Shown here in pieces: positions 14,001 to 27,186 of a DNA stretch of 64,000 nucleotides. The stretch comes from the human T2T-CHM13v2.0 reference genome, Homo sapiens: assembly GCF_009914755.1 (NCBI RefSeq), contig NC_060937.1; one strand, 5' to 3'. The notes beneath the pieces were generated by a model. That model was not told the origin of the DNA, searched no databases, and saw nothing but the letters and a program-made list of their open reading frames with translations. The position numbers and the translations under genes are program-made. Numbering within the stretch: position 1 is the stretch's first letter; each line of letters starts with the position of its first letter.

Positions 14001-15430
14001 AGAACACATACTGCTTATTAAAAAGGAAGATGCTTTAAAATATGCTAATACCATCCAAATGTGAAAGGCACAGTGGAATTTGGTCTGCCATCCCCTCCCC
14101 CACCACCATCACCACAGACACACATAAGAATGAAAAATTCGGATCTTGAATCCACGCCCCCCCTTTCACAGAGACCTCATTGCGCAGAATACAAATACAC
14201 CTTTCCTGTTTAAAACTGTTTGCTGTGAACTCTACCTATAGCAATTTGTCAGTGTGATTTGTAGGAGCAAATGGTCACGTTTAGTATACAACTCTTTTCC
14301 ATATAATTAGCATTTTTCTTCTCTCATCCCAGAGCAATCGGTGTCAGGATTGAAACTTTGTTATTAGTGATCTGGTCATGCCACTAGAAGCTCAATGGGC
14401 CTCACATTCTCTGATGAACTGAGCCCACAAGTTTGAAGAAACATCAAAGTCCCTGGGTGGGCAGAGGGTCAGCACTAGGCACTCAGAGATGGAAGATAGA
14501 TGGGGAAAATCAACTTAAGATGGAAATGAAAGAATAGGGAGGGGGAAAGAAAGAAGAAAGTAGGAACCTAGATGGGAAGATAATAGAAACAAAATAAACG
14601 TGTATTTTGTATATTGTGGAACATTTGCCTTTGTGCTACCAGCAGGGATGAAGAACTTTTATAGTCTTGGCAGAGTGTTCAGATGGAATATGCATTGCTA
14701 TAAGAAGGCCCCCAAAAAGTGCTTCCACTGCAAAATTCTGCAGCAGCAGCAAATAACAACACCGGTCACCACCATCTAAGTGATTACTGTGTACTCGACA
14801 CCAGAGGCAATTTGCAGACATGTTTTCTCCTCTCCAGTCCTTAAAACAAAACTATAATGAAGTCATTTATGCTCACTTCACAGACAGAGACCCAGAGGTA
14901 AGTCATTTAAGTGATTTACCAAAGGCAACAGAGCTCTTCGGTGCAAAAGTCTGAGATGCCCACTTCCTCCACTGCACCATTTTGACGTTTATTTACAATA
15001 TTCTACATTTGAAGTATCTCTGATACAGTAAGTCAATATTTGGTCACTGGTTTTAGGGCACAAAAAAATCTGATAACCAATTCAATCAATTCTGATTTTC
15101 TGATTAATAACCATTGCTTAATCTGCATTAAATAGCAGGCTCCAATTTGGGGAAATGGCTTTTCTACCTCTCCAACCTTGAATCACTGATAAGGGCAGAG
15201 GAGAGTGTTTCTATTCAGTTTCTCCTGTCACAGGAACCCTGAGCCACAGTGGTGAATGCAGAGATGGCCATGTGACCCAACAGGGGTCCAGTGCTTTTTT
15301 CTATTATTATTCTCTTCCTTTTTTTTATTTTTCCTAAGTTGAAAAGCATATTAGGGAAATATGAGAGGGAGATACACCCCAGTGACAAAAAAGAAAACTA
15401 TGACAATGTCTCTTCAAACCAAGTATGGGC

Positions 15431-15771
15431 CTGGCATTGACCTCCCCCAAAGACAAGAAGCTGGCAGGTTAACCACATTCTCTGGCAGTCACCTTCCCAG
15501 GGCATATCTTAGCCAGGACTGACCCCTTCCTCTTTCCAAAAGTGAAGGGGGCAAAGATTGTTTATAGAATCAATGCAGAGGCGAGGAGAAGGAAAGTCTG
15601 AGAGAGAAAGGAGGAGAGCAGGAAGTTCTTATTTATTTACCTAAGAAGTAGGAGGGGAGGACTTTAAGTAAGAGGCACAAGACTTTGGCTCTGAGTGCCT
15701 CAAATACATTGTCACATAGTTTGATAAAATGTCACTGAAAAGATAAAATGCCTGGTGTTTTTTCCAAAAGT
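15431..15771 (+). repeat. Left arm of unique-sequence inverted repeat (341 bp)
   Basis: Reverse complement of 17643-17998; manual alignment gives 10 substitutions and one 15-bp indel. Confidence 0.97.
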
Positions 15772-15843
15772 TCTCCTGGACTTCTTCCCACATGCTGCAT
15801 TACAACCCCATATGTACATGCAGACCCCAAAGGCCACACTTTA

Positions 15844-16291
<448 letters not shown>

Positions 16292-17189
16292 AAAGCAGCA
16301 GCATGGCATTGTTCTAAATGACCTTTCGTCACTGTGCTTCAGTGTATTTTATTCTCCATTCAAGGGCTGTCAGCTTCTCATATAGAATTAGGAGTCTTAA
16401 AGGACATGACATATGAAACAAGTTGAGAAAGTTTACAATTTTCTTGTTGCTGCTGGTGATAAACTCAATGCAATCCTGGATTTCCCAGTGCTGGTGAATC
16501 TCTCACTGCACCAAATTCTCTCATCCTGTCAGGATGGCCTCCTAAGGAAAAGCAACCACCTCTTATTATTTTTCTAATGTGAACTGTTAGACAGGAGCTG
16601 TTGGTTTTGAGATTTGAGTTGCCTGTCAATATAATCTAGGGTATAAGTATCTCTGACTTAACCAAAGGAATAAGATCTTCAGGCACTAGATGAGCTATGA
16701 AAAGTGGGAGATTATTGGCAGCATTTGCATTTCTAATTCCAAGCATCTCTAAGACTAAGAATGCTCTTCTTAAAATCCTGCCATGTTGGCCAATAGTTCC
16801 TCTACTTTACCTGTTAGCAATAACGATTTCTAGTCATTTAAAATAAGCAGAATCCTGACTTATATATAAGTGAATTCCTGATCCAGAAAACAATGCATAC
16901 AGATTTTATTAATGGCCAAAAGTGAAATTGATTTAATTGTACAGGAAATTGATTCATTTGCCTGGAACATAAATATTTTCATGAATATCTTGCTTTTCAT
17001 TCAAAAATAAATAATATACATTTTTATTAAAAAGAGATTAAGAGAAAAAGAGGAGAAAAGGAAGAAATATTTGAGTCATGCAAATAAAATAACATTACAT
17101 TTGAATCGTCTTTATAATGCTTGAGAAGACAGCTAATGTCAATTCTAAGTTTTTGATTGGTGGAAATAGGTTCTGAGAGCCCTGGCCCA

Positions 17190-17349
17190 CACGGTAGATA
17201 AGTGTTCTCACCATAAAAAGTATGTGAGATAGTGCATATGTTAATTAGCTCAATTCAGATATTACACAATGTATATATAGTTCAAAACATCATGTTGTAG
17301 ATGATAAACACATAGAATTTTATTTCTCAATTAAAAAAATAATAAATAC
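17190..17349 (+). mobile_element. L1MA-type 3' end fragment
   Basis: TATGTGAGATAGTGCATATGTTAATTAGCTC...TCAAAACATCATGTTGTA...CAATTAAAAAAATAATAAA. Confidence 0.75.
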
Positions 17350-17642
17350 AGGGAAATATACTCAAATCATTCTACTTTGTTCCTGTGCGGGTGGGTAAAC
17401 TGGTTTAAAGGAATAGCAAAGTTCTGCAGCACTCTCAAAATTGAATTCTGCCCACATTCTTCCTTGACCTGTAAGTCAATGAGGTCATCTTTCCCGGATC
17501 TGCATATTAACATTGATACGTTATATCATCATGGAAAAGACCAGAAATTCACATTTGGTTTTAGTTAAGAGACATGGACTCTTGACTGTTTTCATCTGAC
17601 CTCCCACACTATGGTCTACTCTCAGTGACCACTCTTGAGTGT

Positions 17643-17998
17643 ACTTTTGGAAACAACACTAGGCATTTTATCTTTTCTGTGACATTTTATCAAACTATGT
17701 GTCAATGTATTTGAGGCACTCAGAGCCTTGTGCTCTGTGCACAAAGGCTTGTGCCTCTTACTTAAAGTCCTCCCCTCCTACTTCTTAGGTAAATAAATAA
17801 GAACTTCCTGCTCTCCTCCTTTCTCTCTCAGACTTTCCTTCTCCTCGCCTCTGCATTGATTCTATAAACAATCTTTGCCCCCTTCACTTTTGGAAAGAGG
17901 GTGGGGTCAGTCCTGGCTAAGACATGCCCTGGGAAGGTGACTGCCAGAGAATGTTGTTAACCTGCCAGCTTCTTGTCTTTGGGGGAGATCAATGCCAG
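17643..17998 (-). repeat. Right arm of unique-sequence inverted repeat (356 bp)
   Basis: Reverse complement of 15431-15771; 17748-17900 is identical to the reverse complement of 15529-15681. Confidence 0.97.
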
Positions 17999-18588
17999 AA
18001 TCCACTCAAATCCAAGAACACCAAGGAAAGAGTTTAAAATCACTGACCAGGAGGATGGGTGTCTTTCCAAGGCAGCACCTTACACAGAGGAGTAAGTTTC
18101 TAGTATAAAAAATACCAAGGAAGAAGTAAATATGGACCAGGTAATAGTTATCTTGTATGCAAAGCATAAGTTTGTTTATTTAAAGACACTATGTATACTA
18201 AAGAGATGAGCTCTATCATGTACACAAATATTGCACAATATAATTTCATTACCTTTAATAATGTGAGCTGTCCAGTATTAAATACATAAAGAATTGACAG
18301 ACTTTTGAAGTATTAGAATTAAAATTGGTGAAAACCTAAAAAATGAAAAGACATCATATTCAAATTATGTTTTGTCATATTTATTTTGAAAAGCCTGGTT
18401 TGTTGGGATTATTTAGTGTAATATTTCAATTTCTACTATATCAATTTATATAAACAATTATGTTGTTATTTGAGGATGGGTTATAGCTGTGTAAAGTTAA
18501 ATCCTAGCCAAAAGTCAACCAGAACCAGACATTGGCTTGTTCAAGAAAAATACCAAGATTCACAAATTGCTTTAAAAAAAAAAGTTGA

Positions 18589-18878
18589 GGCCAGGCGCGG
18601 TGGCTCACACCTGTAATCCCAGCACTTTGGGAGGCCGAGGCTGGCAGATTACAAGGTCAGGAGATCGAGACCATCCTGGCCAATGTGGTGAAACCCCATC
18701 TCTACTAAAACTACAAAAATTAGCTAGGTATGGTGGCACGTGCCTGTAATCCCAGCTATTTGGGAGGCTGAGGCAGGAGAATTGCTTGAACCTGGGAAGG
18801 CAGAGGCTGCAGTGAGCCAAGATCATGCCACTGCACTCCAGCCTGGGCAACAGAGTGAGACTCCATCTCAAAAAAAAA
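18589..18878 (+). mobile_element. Alu (AluSc-like)
   Basis: GGCCAGGCGCGGTGGCTCAC...GGTCAGGAGATCGAGACCATCCTGGCC; TSD-like AAAAAAAAGTTG on both sides. Confidence 0.97.
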
Positions 18879-19261
18879 GTTGGGTCTTTCAGAGGACATT
18901 TTTATTTCTTATAAGCTTCTTTAAGTATAGATTATAAAGAAATTAAATTGTTGTCATGAATAAAGATTGGTGAAGTGGCTATCCTAATTTTATTTGCTTT
19001 TTCTACTCTAGTCTTGCCACTTATACTATTATGATTATCGGGATCTCTCCTTTGTAAGGGGAAATAAATAAGATCATTCTGGACAGGTTCGTCCCAGAAG
19101 AGAAAATACAAATTATCAATAAACATTTAAAACTATGCTTATTCTCACAAATAAAGAAATCCCAGTTAAAATGAGATGCTGCTTTTAATGAAACTTTAAG
19201 AAAATTTTAGTTAAATTAAATACATCTAAATGGAGCAGTTAATAAATTATAAAAACACTAA

Positions 19262-20660
19262 CACATCCAATAAATATATATTGAGCACAGACTATATGTC
19301 AGACATTCTGTACCCTGGGGAAGTGGGTAAGAAGTCATACAAGTCCCTAAACTTATAAAGTTTACATTGTAGAAGGGAAAGCTAACCACAAACAAACAAA
19401 TGAATGACATAAATTTTGAAAGTTCTAAGTGCTATGAAGAAAATAAGAAATAGGAGCTAAAGTGTTAGGTAGTCAGTGGGGTGTGTACCTTAGACAGGAG
19501 GGAAGATGACACTGGAGCAAAGACATGACTGATGCGGATGAACCAACCGTAAAACACCTAGGACAGGCCATTCCAGACAGAGGCATCAGCAATGGTAAAG
19601 ACTCCGAGGAAAGAACAGGACTGGCAGAACCAAGGAGCAGAACCAAGGATCACCAGGATCTTTCCTTTGTTAGAGGAAATGAGATCATTTTGAATGGGTT
19701 TGTCCAAGAAGAAGAAATACGAATTGTCAATAAACATTTAAAACTATGCTTATTCTCACAAATAGAGGAATCCCAGTTAAAATGAGATGTTGTTTTTAAT
19801 GACACTTGTAAAAAGGAGCAGGAGGATGACCAGTGTGAGTACTATATGGTGAGCAAAGAGAAGAGTGGTAGAAAACATCAAAGATGTAGACAAAATCAGA
19901 TTACTTTTAGCCTTCTGAGCCACAGTAAGGACTTGTAACTTATGCTATTCCACTTATAATGGAAGGTCATTAGATACTTTTTATTAGGAGATTTACATGG
20001 TCTGTTGTTGTACCTTAGGAAAAAAAACATCATTCTGGCATCTGTGTGGAGACTGGACCATGGAGAGTGAGAGGAGGAAACTGGGGGATAAGGGAGGAAG
20101 ACATAGCTGAAGTCTTCATAGCAGAAGATGGTGGCTTATATTAAGGTAAAAGAAGTCGAAATTGTGAGAAGGGGCCAGATTTGGTATAGTCTGAAGTTAA
20201 TGTAGTAAATGTGGGTAGTGAGGGAAGAAAGAATGGTCACAATGACTCCTACATCTTAGCCTTTGTAAGTAGGTGAATGTCAGGTGCTTAAGTAAGATGG
20301 AGGACTTTGAGGGTGTAAGCAATGGGAGTAACAGAAACAAGATACAGAACATATTTTGTATTTGTTAGGCTGAGATATTGCAGGCAGTAGGGGGTGGGAA
20401 TGCTGAAGTTAGAGTGAAAATTTTGGAGAGACCCTAGTATATACAAGCCTGAGGTTCAAGTAAGAAATCGAGGCTGGTGATATGCATTTTGAGGGACATC
20501 AGATAATAGAAAGGGTTTTAGATTATAAAATCTGGTGGAATCAGCATGGGAGAGGGCATACTCACAGAAGAGAAACAGATCTAGGATTGAGTCCTAAAAT
20601 ACTTCACTATCTAAGAGTTCAGGAAGAGAAGACACCAGTAAATGATGGAATGCAAATATG
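19262..20660 (-). mobile_element. L2 LINE fragment, interrupted by a local duplication at 19656-19807 and followed by an Alu
   Basis: CAATAAATATATATTGAGCACAGACTATATGTCAGACA (antisense L2 3' end); ATTCCAGACAGAGG; ATCATTCTGGCATCTGTGTGGAGA. Confidence 0.75.
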
Positions 20661-20691
20661 TAGCAAAGTGAAAAATTAAAACAAAAAATGT

Positions 20692-20994
20692 GAGCCAGGA
20701 GTGGTGGTTCACACCTCTAGTCCCAGAGCTTTGAGAGGTTGAGGTAGGAGATTCTCTTGAAGTCAGGAGTTTGAGACCACCCTGGGCAATAAAGTAATAA
20801 ACCCCCATCTCTATAAAAACAATTAGCCAGGTGTGGTGGCACAAACCTGTAGTTCCAGCTACTTAGGAGGCTGAGACAGGAGGATCACTTGATCCAAGGA
20901 TCTAAGGAGTTGGAGACTGCAGTGATCTATGATCACACCACTGCACTCTAGCCTGGATGACAAAGGGAGGCCATGTATCTAAAAAAAAAAAAAA
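20692..20994 (+). mobile_element. Alu (AluJ-like)
   Basis: GGAGGATCACTTGA, GACCACCCTGGGCAA and GCAGTGATCTATGATCACACC are J-type features. Confidence 0.93.
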
Positions 20995-21619
20995 CACCCT
21001 ACAAATATGTTTAAAGTACAAAGGAAGTAAATATTTCTAAGTACTGTAATTATGAGAGAAGACTTCTTTGTAGAAAATGATCTTGCAGGTTGGGTAGAAT
21101 TTTGAGTTCCTGTCATTTCTGGCCACAGATATTTCATCAAGTGCAGATGTTAACCTACATATTTTTTTAATCAAGTATGGTATGGTGAAAGCTTTATGAT
21201 TCTTCAAGAACTTATTTTCACTTCTTATATGGCTTCTAAAGCACATTTAAGGGGTGGTCAAGGAATAACAAGCTCTTTGGAGTAGGTATAGCTTCAGACT
21301 CACCTGAAGTTTCTTTGAATTTTCTAACAGATTCTTCAAAGATAAAGTAAGAAAGTGTTCTTGTTTATTTTATAGCATATCTTTCCATCACATTTTTATT
21401 TCCTTATCTATATGCCAGAGTGTCTGAGGGACTCTTTTAAAAGTCTGCCAGAAGTCAAGTTAAAAGAAGACTTTTAGTGTGATACTAGATTCTAGTCTCA
21501 GACTTCTCTGTAAGCTCAAGTTATAGTTGTTCTGAGCCTCTCAGCACTGTGGAGAGAGAAGCAGGTAGAACCCAGGGTAGATAGCGGGCCCCAGTCAGTG
21601 CGACTTGAGAAAAACAAAA

Positions 21620-21622
<3 letters not shown>

Positions 21623-21653
<31 letters not shown>

Positions 21654-21663
21654 GCACACACAC
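21623..21663. repeat. (CA)n microsatellite
   Basis: CA run with TA and CG interruptions. Confidence 0.95.
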
Positions 21664-22070
21664 TCAAAATCTCCCCAACAGCCATAAACACCTTCTTTTA
21701 GAGTATGCTGTCAGTTAAAGCTTTATTTTCAAAACCATTAGCACCAGATGAAAATGTGTTACGTTAAAAAGTGAAATGAACACAGGCAAAGCCACACAGC
21801 GTAGACAAAAATCCATTAAAGGCAAGGATGCTGAGATTGGGATACCCTGCGGAGAACAATTTACAGGTTTAATTCACCATCATCCTATTATTTCATAATT
21901 ATTTTGTATCTTTCTCTAATTTAAAATTCTTATTTTTTCAAACATGGTTTATACACCATTGTGCCTTTTTTGAAACAAAAGAGGAAATGTACTTAGAATA
22001 AACTCAATAAATAGAAGAATTTTATCGCAAATACTCCATTGAAGCACTTCATGGATTAACAACACTTAAA

Positions 22071-22292
22071 TAGGGTGTAAGCAAGCTATGGCCCATGGAC
22101 CAAATCTGGCACACCATCTATTGTTGTAAATAAAATTGTGCTAGATCACAGCATGCCCATTCATTTACATATTGTCTATGACTGCTTCCACACTGCAGTG
22201 CCAGAGCCAAGTAGCTGTGACAGAGACCTTATGGCCCCAGAGACTGAAATATTGATTACCTGTCTCCTTACAGAAAAAGTTTGACAACTCCA
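22071..22292. mobile_element. MER58-like hAT-Charlie DNA transposon
   Basis: CTATGGCCCATGGACCAAATCTGGC...CATTCATTTACATATTGTCTATG...TTACAGAAAAAGTTTG. Confidence 0.8.
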
Positions 22293-23237
22293 GCCTCAGA
22301 ACCTCTCTCACTATGTATATACTTCTATTTTAGATACTGCTCTAACAAGTGGTATTACTTATTCTCCCAGACTGAAAAAGAAAAGGAAGGTGAACAAACA
22401 TTTGAAAATGAAAGACTTAATCTTCCTTCCTTCCCTTTTTCCTGACAAACACTAAGCTAAGAGTTTGAGTCCTTATTAGAACAATTGGTTCAAATTTTCA
22501 TTTTTGAAACTGAAGGTACTGCCATAAAGAGATACGTGGTTCCTTCCTAATCCGCAGAAGGCTCAAAAGAGTACTCATTACAATCAGGAAAAGAGCTATA
22601 CATGACCATGCAATATCAGGCTACTGACTGACTCTATGCAGACGAACGGCCTTAAAAATTATGAAGCAGTTTGAATAACATTTATCTTTCTCCTCAATAT
22701 AGATTTAGCCTACTGCCTATGTTAATTAGTTTTATTCTTGGCACATGTGTAAATATGCCCTACAATTCTTATCTTAACTCCTTGAAAAGGTGAGAACAGA
22801 AACAGACACAATGAAACTCATGAAGGTGGAGCGAATTCATGAAGACCAGATTTGAAGACAGCATCTCTAGGCTAGATTGCCACGCAAAGCCCCTCTCCTT
22901 GGTTTATTGTATAGACCTTGGGTATTTACAGTCAGAAATAAAGATTCTGCTAAAGTGGTCCTGTTTGAGTGACTTGCCTGGAGAAATATATAATGGGACG
23001 AGGCAACTGGATCCTTCAGTTAAAGTACTTCATTGGGTAAGTCTTGAACATTCTGAAACATGGGTAGGGATGTACCGAAAGAGAATAAAAGTAGGAAGAT
23101 CTTTGACAGAAAGAGGTAAAAAGGGGGAAGTCAGCATAGAAATTAAGGATATGACTGCTTTCAATAATTTTTCTTTGGAATCCCAAGAAAATCATATTTC
23201 ATGCACAGCTTTAACCATTTCTTTTCTTTGTTCTGTA

Positions 23238-23282
23238 GGGATAAATTGTGAAAGACTTTTAAACAGAACAGAAAGATTGCTG
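23238..23282 (+). other. Candidate 45-nt phase-1 symmetric exon (xINCERLLNRTERLL)
   Basis: Polypyrimidine tract TTTCTTTTCTTTGTTCTGTAG, donor CTGG|GTATGT (alternative donor GAAAA|GTAAGC after 23300), a single open frame; host gene not recognised. Confidence 0.3.
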
Positions 23283-23713
23283 GGTATGTTCAATGGAAAA
23301 GTAAGCATTGTCTAGCACACCCTTCAGGATTACCTGAACGTATGTTTTTGTTTCTTTCATTGCCTTTGAGCTATTTACAGCTTTGTAAAATATGGATAAC
23401 TGATAGCAATGCAAATTACTTTTGTCCATATACATGCAAATAACTCCTGTCCAGAAGGATAATTGATTTTTCTCCTGCCCCATACTTTTGTCACCCCATT
23501 AAAAAAAAAACCAAACACTTTTGCATCTATTTGTAAATTCATTTCAGCATTTATGAGTAATCTTGATGTGTGTGGCATCCTTTGAACTAGTTGTAACATC
23601 TTACTGGATTATTCTTTAATCAATGAGATTAAAAACAATAATATATTCCTATTACATTTATATAGGTGTCATGGTTTTGTATATTTTTAAATATACTTTG
23701 AGGGTGGTAATCG

Positions 23714-24019
<306 letters not shown>

Positions 24020-25104
24020 CGGTAATCCTATTTTAATAATTCCAACTCTTCAGGAAAACATGCCTATCTACCTGTCCGACCTGTAGTGATGAATGAGGGA
24101 AGATAATTTAAAGGACAAGGCAGAAAAGGTAAAACTGCCTACCCATATTTACCTCTTGATTTGTTCTCATGTTCAGCCTCTAGAGAGAGACTGAAGTTTC
24201 CCATATCTATGGGACTGAGTGGCGGAGAAGCCCTCAGCAGGACTGGGAGCTTCACATTGAGAAAGAACATCCCACACTTAGAACCAACCGCCAAGTGGAC
24301 AGCTCTGGAAATACATGAGGGACAAACTTCAGATTGCCCTTAAACATTAGAATACAGGAACCGCTAAGAGAGCAACAGATAAGGAAGGCTTGATGAGGAT
24401 AGGGAAGTGCATTTGTACTTGAATTACACATGTATTGAGAATTATACATGTGCTCTACTAAGTAGTTTGTGTACTCTGGTTTAATCTTTATTAAAAGTGC
24501 CTACAGTAAACTTGTTTATCCCTTATGCAGATTTGGAAACTGGTACTCAGAAATATGTAACACAAACTAAATCCTAACCTGGAAGTAAAAACAAAGTCAC
24601 AATTTCAGAAAGTAACAGTACATCCCTCATTCCAATACTATGTACACATTACGTGGGGCTTCCACCAAACTTCAAGAGTTCAGCAGATCTGTTCCATACA
24701 TACTTCTGAGCACCTTATTTTCACCTGTCGTGCAATGCCAGATCCTCTGCTTATCCACTTCCTGTGGTTTCAACTCCCTGTGATAATTTATCCTGCAAAG
24801 CCTCCAAGCCCAGAAAACTCCCTGACAGCATTTGCTCTTGCTGCAGGTACTGCCACTCTTCTTGTCCCCTTGCTGAAGCCTCACTGTGCATGTGTTGTGC
24901 TGTACCCAACTTGTTCTGCTGGGTCAAGACACTCTGCACTAAATGCAAATGCTAGTGCTAGTTATGGTACTGATATGGAGACTGGTACCAAGGCTCCAAA
25001 GCCAGACAAACTGCAGCTCCTGCTGGAACTGTGGATACCCATGAAAAAAAGTATCCATAACTGTGTGGAAAGTGTTCTTCTGAAGTTGGTAAAGGTCTTC
25101 CTCT

Positions 25105-25295
25105 TGTTACAGTAGGTAGTTAGACATACATGGGCAGGGAAGAAGAGCCTCCCCCGCCAATCCTGCCCACGAACTGTTTTTGTAAAGAAAGTTTCATTGG
25201 AACACCTTCATTTACATATTGTCTACGGCAACAACAAGGACAGTTGATTAATTGCCATACAGACTGTGTGACTCTTCACAGAAAATGTTTGTGAT
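25105..25295. mobile_element. Short ERV1-type LTR terminus (~25105-25157) abutting a MER58-like fragment (~25170-25295)
   Basis: TGTTACAGTAGGTAGTTAGACATACATGGGCAGGG, then TGTTTTTGTAAAGAAAGTTTCATTGGAACAC...TTCATTTACATATTGTCTACGGC. Confidence 0.6.
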
Positions 25296-26533
25296 GCTTC
25301 CCTCCAGAGATCAAGTACAAGTATGAAATCTGCATTATCCATGAAGGACTTATCTGGAAACCTCTAAACTAGCCAGCCTTGGCAGGGGTTCTCATGTACA
25401 TATTTTGACCTGAGAACCAGATAACTAGCCTTCCAGAAATGAAATTCCATGATAACTTCTTTCTATATTCAAGTTTATCCCACCAGGTTGTGAGAAGGTT
25501 CATTGCTTGCCTCTTTACTTTAGATCAGTTATTTCTTATTATATGCTGTTTCCTATCCAAAGCTATTTAGAGTAGGGGAGAAACTTGTTCTGAAAACTTT
25601 TTCAGTTGAATATACTGATACCGTTAACTTGAGTATTTTCTGCAAAAGAGAGTAGCTGTAAAAGTTAAAATGGACAGATTCGAATGTGAAAATAGTACCT
25701 CTGAACTGAAACTACCCTTTTCCCCACTTTTGTGCCTCACTTTCTGATCCTGATGCCAGGGCAGGGCTTAAACTCCATGGCAGACATAAAGCTGCTTCTT
25801 GTGAATATTTAACTACATGTAAAAATGTCACTTAATTTCATCATATATACATATAGAAAACATTTTTTTTTCATTTTTTCAAAAACTTTTCACCACTGGT
25901 TCAATAAACAACAGACTGGATTGGAATTATGAGTGGCAGCTTCCAGTCCTGGCTCTGATACCAAAGTTGTATTGTCAGAGCTGCTTCATTCAGTGTGAAG
26001 GGAGGGAGCAGTGTGGATTAAAGACAGAGACACTGAAAATCCAATCTATGTTTACACAGGGAAGAGGAACAGCTTGAGGGAAGATCTAGGGGTTGGGTGA
26101 TGGTTTCAGAAAAATATCTGACATACAATAAATATATGTGGAGCAATTTGTTTTTAACACAAAGCCATAATGTGTAAAATGTGTTGGTAACTGTATTACA
26201 GCTTATACTTTGCCACAAATTGCATTGCTTGTATGCATACTAGTTATGTCATAGTATCAGATAAAACTGATTTTGATAGAAAGAACCAAAAAATTTTTTT
26301 TGTAGAATAAATACATTTCAGAAAGGGAAAACAGCCCTTCTGCTTGATCTGGTACTACTTTTAAACCTCCATCTTGCATTTTGTTCTTCCTTATGGCTTC
26401 CCCAAGCAATCATAGGACAAAGAAACAAAAAGCCATTGACTTTGCCCACAAATTTTACTAAAAAGCCCAATCAGTTTTTTCTTTAGGACCAATTATATGA
26501 TTTCATCCCCGCTTTACCTCCTCCTCCAATGTG

Positions 26534-26857
26534 TTTTTTTTTTTTTTAAGAGATGGGGTCCTGCTCTGTCGCCCACACTCAAGTGCAGTGGCATGATCAC
26601 AGCTCACTGTAGCCTCAACCTCCTAGGCTCAAGCAATCCTTCTACCTAAGCCTCCAGAGTAGCTGGTACTATAGGCATGCACCACCATGCCTGGCTAATT
26701 TTTTACATTTTTAGTAGAGACAGAGTTTTACCATGTTGCCCACACTGGTCTCTTGCTCCTGGACTCAAGCAATCCTCCCACTTCAACCTCCAAGCAATCC
26801 TCCCACTTCAACCTCCCAAAGTGCTGGGATTACAGGTGTGAGCCACTGTACCCAGCT
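26534..26857 (-). mobile_element. Alu (AluJ-like) with internal 25-bp tandem duplication
   Basis: ATCACAGCTCACTGTAGCCTCAACCTCC; CAAGCAATCCTCCCACTTCAACCTC occurs twice at 26766-26815. Confidence 0.95.
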
Positions 26858-27186
26858 TCAACACAATTATTGTTGACTGAAATTGTTCATAATTCCATTT
26901 AAAAGGAAAAAGAAAAACTTTATACTCCAGAATTTAATACAAATGCATAGTCCAAGTAACAGATGAATGTAAATTATTTTTAATTATATTTACTTGGAGC
27001 ACCATCTACAAAAATTAAAAAACAGATTGCTTCACATTTTTAAGAAGGAATAAAGACTGGGGAGCCTTATGGGAAGGGATTTCCTCAGGAGGGGTTTAAG
27101 TCACACTGCCATCCTCTAAAGACTTCAGGTTTTGCCCGGGCTAAGCTCTTGTTAAAAAAAAAAAACAAAAACGTGCTCACGATTCT

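Noticed and set aside
14838-14897. 60-nt open exon-like segment with CAG|...GAG|GTAAGT
   Set aside because: It overlaps a MIR-like core (CACTTCACAGACAGAGACCCAGAGG...AAGTGATTTACCAAAGG) and there is no independent support.
22839-23315. 158-aa ORF as a single-exon gene
   Set aside because: No recognisable domain or promoter, and it reads through a polypyrimidine tract. Only the short terminal exon-like part is kept as a candidate.
24672-25115. Overlapping ORFs up to 126 aa
   Set aside because: Open on both strands in a locally GC-richer patch, with no recognisable protein similarity.
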